Both the position numbers and the translations under genes were made by a program. Below are positions 15,810 through 17,821 of a stretch of DNA of 17,821 nucleotides, in pieces. Each line of letters begins with the position of its first letter. The first letter of the stretch is position 1. The stretch is from Promethearchaeota archaeon (GTDB lineage Archaea > Asgardarchaeota > Lokiarchaeia > Sigyniarchaeales > SOKP01): assembly GCA_048938445.1 (NCBI GenBank), contig JBHLME010000081.1:2955-20775 (forward strand), given 5' to 3'. The notes under the pieces are model-generated. The model did not search any database. It saw only the letters and a program-made list of their open reading frames with translations, and was not told where the DNA came from.

Positions 15810-17177
15810 TTATTTAATGATTTCTTGTTCTCTTTCTTTATCGATTTGTTGATCCTGGTTTTTTGCTTTAGCTTTAAATTCATCGGGAAGATAAGGATAG
15901 GCATGTTTATAAGTTATTTCAAAAAAGTCTTTATCACTGATTCCTTTAGTTATCTTCTTTAGCTCCTCTTTAACATTATTAAAAGCGGTTCTGATTTCTT
16001 CTTTTGATGTAGATTCATGCTTGCTTTTCACTTCTTCAACGATTTTAGCAATAATTTCTTCAGGGATGTCCAGTCCTAATACTCCTACTCTCTCTTTAAG
16101 TGCATGAATAACAGATTTTTTTCCCGAAAACTTTCCTAAATAAAATTGCCTTCGTCTTCCTACGATTCGTGGATTGATTGGTTCATAAGTGAGAGGATGA
16201 GCCAAAATTCCTGCTATATGAAGTCCACTTTCATGACTAAACGCATAATCACCTACAATTGGCTTATATTGAGAAATAGGTTTGCAAAAATATTGTTCAC
16301 ATATTCCACTTAATTCAGTTAATTTGTTTAATTTTATTCCCGTGTTAATTCCCAAACGATGTAATATTAGAACCACTTCTTCTAAAGCAGCATTTCCTGC
16401 ACGTTCCCCAAAACCATTTATACATGTATGAGGGAAAGTACATCCTTCTATAACTCCTTGGATCGTGTTTGCAACCGCGAGACCAAAATCATTATGAGTG
16501 TGGATTCCCATCTCAGTGTTTTTCTTTAATGGTATCACTACTTCTTCTTTTATTTTATTCACTAAATACCGAGTGGAATGTGGCGTGAGTACTCCTACAG
16601 TGTCTCCTATAATTATTCTTTCTGCACCTGCTTTGATAGCAGTTGTAAAAACATTTTTTAGATGTTCAAAATCGCATCGAGTAGTATCTTCACTCACCCA
16701 ATTTACTCTTAAATTATTATCTATAGCATATTCAATTCCCGTTTTTACCATTTCAAGTTGCTGTTCTGCAGTATGCTTTAATGTTTTTCTGAAAATGGGT
16801 GATATTGGCATGAAAATTACAATTTCTTCGAGATCTGCCTCGATACAAGCATCAATATCTTGCTTTCTTGGTCGAGCAATACCCAAAATAGTAGAACGTC
16901 TTAAATTTTCATTTACGATGGTTTTTACAATTTTTTTTTCGGTTTCAGAAACTGCAGGAAAACCTACTGCAATGAGCTTTACTCCGATATCATCCATTCT
17001 TTTTGCTAAATCTAATTTTTCTTCAAGTGTCAAATATACCGTTGGACTTTGTTCTCCATCTCTAAGGGTTTCGTCCCAAATACAAACTCTTTCTGGAAGA
17101 TTCTTATTTTCTAAAGCAATTTTATTATAATCTGTAAGGAGGCTCTCAAGTTCCTCTTTAGAGAATTTATACGACAT
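15810..17177 (-). CDS. Homocitrate/2-isopropylmalate synthase family enzyme (DRE-TIM) lacking the LeuA allosteric domain; AksA/homocitrate-synthase-like
   Basis: DETLRDGEQ, HTHNDFGLAVAN, NGFGERAGNA, HESGLH, YEPI.P..VG, LGKFSG. The short helical C-terminus shows no LeuA regulatory domain. Substrate cannot be determined from sequence alone. Confidence 0.88.
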   Translation of the reverse strand: MSYKFSKEELESLLTDYNKIALENKNLPERVCIWDETLRDGEQSPTVYLTLEEKLDLAKRMDDIGVKLIAVGFPAVSETEKKIVKTIVNENLRRSTILGIARPRKQDIDACIEADLEEIVIFMPISPIFRKTLKHTAEQQLEMVKTGIEYAIDNNLRVNWVSEDTTRCDFEHLKNVFTTAIKAGAERIIIGDTVGVLTPHSTRYLVNKIKEEVVIPLKKNTEMGIHTHNDFGLAVANTIQGVIEGCTFPHTCINGFGERAGNAALEEVVLILHRLGINTGIKLNKLTELSGICEQYFCKPISQYKPIVGDYAFSHESGLHIAGILAHPLTYEPINPRIVGRRRQFYLGKFSGKKSVIHALKERVGVLGLDIPEEIIAKIVEEVKSKHESTSKEEIRTAFNNVKEELKKITKGISDKDFFEITYKHAYPYLPDEFKAKAKNQDQQIDKEREQEIIK

Positions 17178-17220
17178 GAATAAAGGATTAATCTTAAATT
17201 AATTGAATGTGATCAATTTG

Positions 17221-17243
17221 ATTAGTAAAATTCTATTACTAAT
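17221..17243. promoter_or_regulatory. Perfect inverted repeat ATTAGTAA-N7-TTACTAAT, candidate operator
   Basis: 8-bp arms with a 7-nt spacer, 44-66 nt upstream of the synthase ATG and downstream of an Lrp gene. Confidence 0.45.
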
Positions 17244-17435
17244 TTATTCTTTTTGTTTAATTTTTTTTTTTTCATAAATTTATTTAAATTAAAAATATTC
17301 TCTAATTATTTTATACATGCCCTTTAGGTTTATATAGTATATTTTGTGGGAATAATAAAATCCAAAAATACATTTTTTTAAAGGAAATAATCGTAGAAAT
17401 GAAAAGTTAGTAATAAGTTGTCCAAGAAAAACTTT

Positions 17436-17821
17436 TCATTTTATTACATCCGTTATGAAACAAGTCTCAACGATTTTAATACCTTTTATAGTTGAAATTT
17501 TTTCTTCTATCAAGGGATTGAATTGTTCAATTGAAGGGATTTCTACTTTCATAAAAAGCCCACAATCACCAGAAAGCCGCCAAATATCAGTAATTTCCTC
17601 TACTTCTTTTAATTCTTTCAAAATTCTTTTAATATCCTTAAAATCTGGTTCTATTTTTACTGTTGCCCGGGTTTGAGGTTTAGAATTTATGGAATAATCA
17701 ATGGTAAATTTTTTTATTATTCCTTCTTCAACTAATTTTTTTACCCTCCTGCGTACTGTAGCTTCTGTTTTACCTACCCTTTCAGAGATATCATTAAATG
17801 AAATTCGTGAGTCTTCTTTAA
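17436..17821 (-). CDS. Lrp/AsnC family transcriptional regulator; 5' end outside the window
   Basis: The frame of the track's 61-aa ORF is open to the window edge: KEDSRISFNDISERVGKTEATVRRRVKKLVEEGIIKKFTI (Lrp HTH), followed by a RAM domain (IWRLSGDCGLFMKV). Confidence 0.92.
   Translation of the reverse strand, partial: KEDSRISFNDISERVGKTEATVRRRVKKLVEEGIIKKFTIDYSINSKPQTRATVKIEPDFKDIKRILKELKEVEEITDIWRLSGDCGLFMKVEIPSIEQFNPLIEEKISTIKGIKIVETCFITDVIK

Noticed and set aside
16498-17130. 210-aa + strand ORF
   Set aside because: Codon-register antisense shadow of the conserved synthase; Ser/Phe/Ile-rich with no motif.
17455-17676. 73-aa + strand ORF
   Set aside because: Antisense to the Lrp gene.
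1-17821. Stop-codon recoding (selenocysteine/pyrrolysine) or SECIS elements
   Set aside because: No conserved gene is interrupted by an in-frame TGA or TAG, and no convincing SECIS-like stem was seen.

Overview
AT-rich archaeal chromosomal window, most likely an Asgard (Lokiarchaeia-like) archaeon. That assignment is inferred from ribosomal protein eS30, a GPN-loop GTPase, bulge-helix-bulge (BHB) tRNA introns and MIT/TPR/zinc-ribbon/7TM-type proteins. It holds about 18 CDSs, including a CinA-like protein, eS30, a GPN GTPase, a sugar nucleotidyltransferase, a homocitrate/isopropylmalate synthase-family enzyme, an Lrp regulator, an orphan DNA methyltransferase and two surface beta-propellers, plus a tRNA-Trp(CCA) with two introns. 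Main observations: (1) a split in translation initiation, where ATG-start genes have no Shine-Dalgarno (SD) motif and SD-led genes appear to start at near-cognate codons (ATT, ACG, TTG), including eS30, which the ORF track missed; (2) a tRNA-Trp with a D-loop 15/16 intron plus the canonical 37/38 intron; (3) a MIT-like protein carrying its own CHMP6-like MIM2 motif and a zinc ribbon; (4) a cytoplasmic IFT52-like GIFT-domain protein; (5) a candidate Lrp operator upstream of the synthase gene. No CRISPR array, transposase or integrase was seen. All family calls come from motif recognition by eye, not database searches.
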